A stretch of 32,000 nt of DNA, taken from the NCBI GenBank assembly GCA_043808785.1, contig JAZDEL010000001.1, positions 1 to 32,000 of the forward strand, given 5' to 3'. This document shows, in pieces, positions 29,875-32,000 of this stretch. The notes under the pieces are model-generated. The model ran no database searches, was not told where the DNA came from, and saw only the letters and a list, made by a program, of their open reading frames with translations. How positions within the stretch are numbered: the first letter of the stretch is position 1; each line of letters begins with the position of its first letter. This stretch comes from Candidatus Iainarchaeum sp. GTDB taxonomy: Archaea; Iainarchaeota; Iainarchaeia; Iainarchaeales; JAZDEL01. A program made the position numbers and the translations under genes.

Positions 29875-29944
29875 TATCAAAAAGATATATAAATTTAACC
29901 CGAATTTGGTGCGGTTTTTAACCATTTCCCGCCTGTTTTTTGTT

Positions 29945-30655
29945 ATGCACCCATCCGCGCTTTACGAATCCCTCTCCCGCGAGTTCGGGGAGCAGAACTG
30001 GTGGCCTGTCACGGATGCGCGTGCTTTCACGCCAACATACAAAAAGCGCGCAGGGTTAACCGAGAGGCAGAAATTCGAAATAATGGCGGGCGCAATCCTC
30101 GCGCAGAACACAGCGTGGGTAAATGTAATGCGCGCGCTTGAAAATTTGAACAGGGAGGGTCTGCTGGATTGCGCAAAATTGGCAAAGGCAAAAAAACAAA
30201 AAATCGCGCGCCTGGTTCGCCCGAGCGGTTATTTCAACATGAAGGCGGAGAAGCTGAAGCGCTTTGCGGTTTGGCTTGAGAAGAACCACGGGGGGAAGCC
30301 GTCGAGTTTTTTTGGTTCAGGCGATACTATCCAGCAATTGCGCTCAGAACTCCTTTCCCTCCATGGAATCGGAAATGAAACCGCAGACTCAATGCTCCTC
30401 TACGCCGGAAACCTTCCCTCGTTCGTAATCGACGCATACACACTGCGTTTTATGGAGCGCTTTTACGCAATGCGGGGAATTAATTATGTAGAAGCCAAAC
30501 ACTTCTTCGAGCGCAGCCTTCCCGCGGATGCCGCGCTTTTCAACGAGTTCCACGCCCTCCTCGTCGAACTCGGCAAGAACTATTGCAAAAAATCCAACCC
30601 GCGCTGTGAAGAGTGCTGCGTGCGCGCGGAGTGCGGGTTTGCCGGAAAGCGGTGA
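29945..30655 (+). CDS. Endonuclease III-related HhH-GPD protein with a [4Fe-4S] cluster loop (COG2231-like)
   Basis: FGEQNWWP near the N-terminus, HhH LHGIGNETADSMLLYA, VIDAY, and C-x6-C-x2-C-x5-C (CKKSNPRCEECCVRAEC). The track start TTG 29906 is probably upstream of the transcription start site. Confidence 0.85.
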   Translation: MHPSALYESLSREFGEQNWWPVTDARAFTPTYKKRAGLTERQKFEIMAGAILAQNTAWVNVMRALENLNREGLLDCAKLAKAKKQKIARLVRPSGYFNMKAEKLKRFAVWLEKNHGGKPSSFFGSGDTIQQLRSELLSLHGIGNETADSMLLYAGNLPSFVIDAYTLRFMERFYAMRGINYVEAKHFFERSLPADAALFNEFHALLVELGKNYCKKSNPRCEECCVRAECGFAGKR

Positions 30656-30720
30656 AGCAAGCGGAAAGAATGTGCGTTTGCCGGGGGAAAGTGATTGCTG
30701 CGTTAACCCTTATCTGGCGC

Positions 30721-31050
30721 TTATAAGTCGCCTTTCTTCCTTTCCCCTTCCATTATTTCCCTGAACCTTCTCCAGCGCTGTGCGGGCGTGCCGTGCAGGG
30801 TTTCGACGTTTTCTTCCATTTTTTTATTCAGGCCGTGTTTTGTCCCCGCCCGCCGGCTGCCTTCTTTGGCAAGCCCCGCCCTTTCCCGTTTCCTGATTAA
30901 GCCTTCACAGCCCCTTATTTTTGCAATCACCCTTTTTTTGCTTGTTCCGAGGGCTCTGCGCGTAATTTTCATGTCATCCTCGAGCAGGACCGCAAGATGC
31001 GCCCGCGTTTTAAGAAGTTCCCCCCTGTAAACCTTTCTCGGAACAGGCAC
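30721..31050 (-). CDS. Hypothetical basic protein (109 aa)
   Basis: ORF from the track. GTG start 15 nt after the htpX stop, with GCGGGGG upstream. No motif recognised. Confidence 0.4.
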   Translation of the reverse strand: MPVPRKVYRGELLKTRAHLAVLLEDDMKITRRALGTSKKRVIAKIRGCEGLIRKRERAGLAKEGSRRAGTKHGLNKKMEENVETLHGTPAQRWRRFREIMEGERKKGDL

Positions 31051-31065
31051 AGAAAAGCCCCCGCC

Positions 31066-31959
31066 CTACATCGCCTCTAACTTCTTAATCCTGTCCTCTA
31101 TCGGAGGGTGCGTGGAGAACAAACTTTTGAACCACAGCTTCTGCCCCTTCAAAGGGTTCGCAATGTAAAGGTGCGCCGTGGCCTTGTTCGCAGCCTCAAG
31201 CACTTCCTTGTCCCCCGAGATTTTCCTCAATGCGGAGGCAAGCCCTTGGGGATAACGGGTCATCTGCACGCCGCTCGCGTCCGCAAGATACTCGCGCTTC
31301 CTGCTTATCGAGAGGTTTATCAGCTGCGCAATCAGGGGGGTAAGGATTGCAAGCAGCAGCCCCACAACAATCCCTATAATCATAACCGCCCCGCCCTTGC
31401 TGTCCCTGTTGCCCCTTAGCCCGCCGAAAAGGAACATCCTCAGCATGAAGTCGCTCATCAGCACGGCAAGCCCCACAAGGATTGCGGCCATTGTCATAAC
31501 CAGTATATCGCGGTTCTTTATGTGCGACATTTCATGCGCTATCACCCCCTGCAGTTCCTCGCGGTTCATTTTCGCAAGCAGGCCCGTTGTAGCGCAAATC
31601 ACGCTGTGCTTCGGGTCGCGGCCTGTTGCGAATGCGTTCATTGCAGTGTCCTCAATCACATAAAGCCTCGGCTTCGGTATGCCCGATGCAATCGACATCT
31701 CCTCCGCAATATTGTGGAATTTGGGGAACTCCTCCTTTGTCGCCTCCCTTGCCCTTGAAATCGCCAGCACGATTTTGTCGCTGTTGAAATACGAGAATGC
31801 CGCGTAAATTACCGCGAACCCGCCGAATATGTAAATGAACAGCGCGTCCCCGAGCACGAACGAGAACACGTACCCCAATGCAAAAAGAAGAATAAAAAAA
31901 ACGGCAAACAGGAGGACCGTTGTCCTTTTGTTTGCCGAAATTTCCTCGTAGAAGCTCAT
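31066..31959 (-). CDS. htpX: HtpX-family M48 zinc metalloprotease
   Basis: N-terminal TM helices, HEMSHIKNRD (HExxH), a downstream EYLADASG glutamate, and a STHPPIEDRI C-terminus. ATG 31959 is preceded by GGTGGGG; the track start is GTG 31968. Confidence 0.9.
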   Translation of the reverse strand: MSFYEEISANKRTTVLLFAVFFILLFALGYVFSFVLGDALFIYIFGGFAVIYAAFSYFNSDKIVLAISRAREATKEEFPKFHNIAEEMSIASGIPKPRLYVIEDTAMNAFATGRDPKHSVICATTGLLAKMNREELQGVIAHEMSHIKNRDILVMTMAAILVGLAVLMSDFMLRMFLFGGLRGNRDSKGGAVMIIGIVVGLLLAILTPLIAQLINLSISRKREYLADASGVQMTRYPQGLASALRKISGDKEVLEAANKATAHLYIANPLKGQKLWFKSLFSTHPPIEDRIKKLEAM

Positions 31960-32000
31960 TCGCCCCACCGTTTATCCGGCATTTACGCAAGGTCCGAGAA

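Noticed and set aside
31652-31990. 112-aa alternative minus-strand frame overlapping the 5' part of htpX
   Set aside because: The htpX frame has the HExxH motif and TM-helix organisation. The alternative frame is an Arg/Gly-rich shadow.
1-32000. Scan for CRISPR arrays, tRNA/rRNA genes and long direct or inverted repeats
   Set aside because: By eye I found no regularly spaced repeat-spacer pattern, no tRNA-like acceptor/T-arm (GGTTCGAATCC-type) sequence in non-coding gaps, and no rRNA-like stretch. The non-coding gaps are short (mostly under 150 nt).

Overview
The window reads as archaeal. A/T-rich TATA-like boxes sit about 25-30 nt upstream of many start codons, giving leaderless or short-leader genes, and GGAGG-type SD sites appear mainly at operon-internal genes. 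The gene content fits: a KaiC-like ATPase, a DDxxD polyprenyl synthase, a V4R protein, a COG2231-type EndoIII-like protein and a beta-CASP hydrolase. Layout: (a) 1-6.4 kb holds ordinary genes. (b) 6.4-8.3 kb holds stand-alone HNH and GIY-YIG nucleases plus an HTH / micro-ORF / HEPN-like trio. (c) 8.26-23.0 kb is one uninterrupted minus-strand gene train of about 15-16 genes with 0-45 nt spacers. In transcription order it encodes a VirB2-like pilin, a Cys-rich secreted protein, a VirB6-like polytopic protein, a PrgI/VirB3-like protein, a VirB4 ATPase with a C-terminal PD-(D/E)xK-like extension, and a complete Type I R-M system (hsdR-hsdM-hsdS). It ends with six genes translationally coupled to hsdS: three zinc-ribbon proteins (two membrane-tethered), a 4-TM membrane protein, and orphan soluble proteins of 505 and 205 aa. 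I cannot place these six in any known family, and they are my best candidate for an undescribed system. (d) 23-32 kb holds small regulators, surface proteins, a coiled-coil/HExxH pair, a beta-CASP hydrolase, a RelE/RHH toxin-antitoxin pair, an EndoIII-like protein and HtpX. I recognised no rRNA, tRNA, CRISPR array, integrase, transposase, relaxase or coupling protein. All functional calls come from reading motifs by eye in the supplied translations and my own translation of short ORFs; no database search was run.
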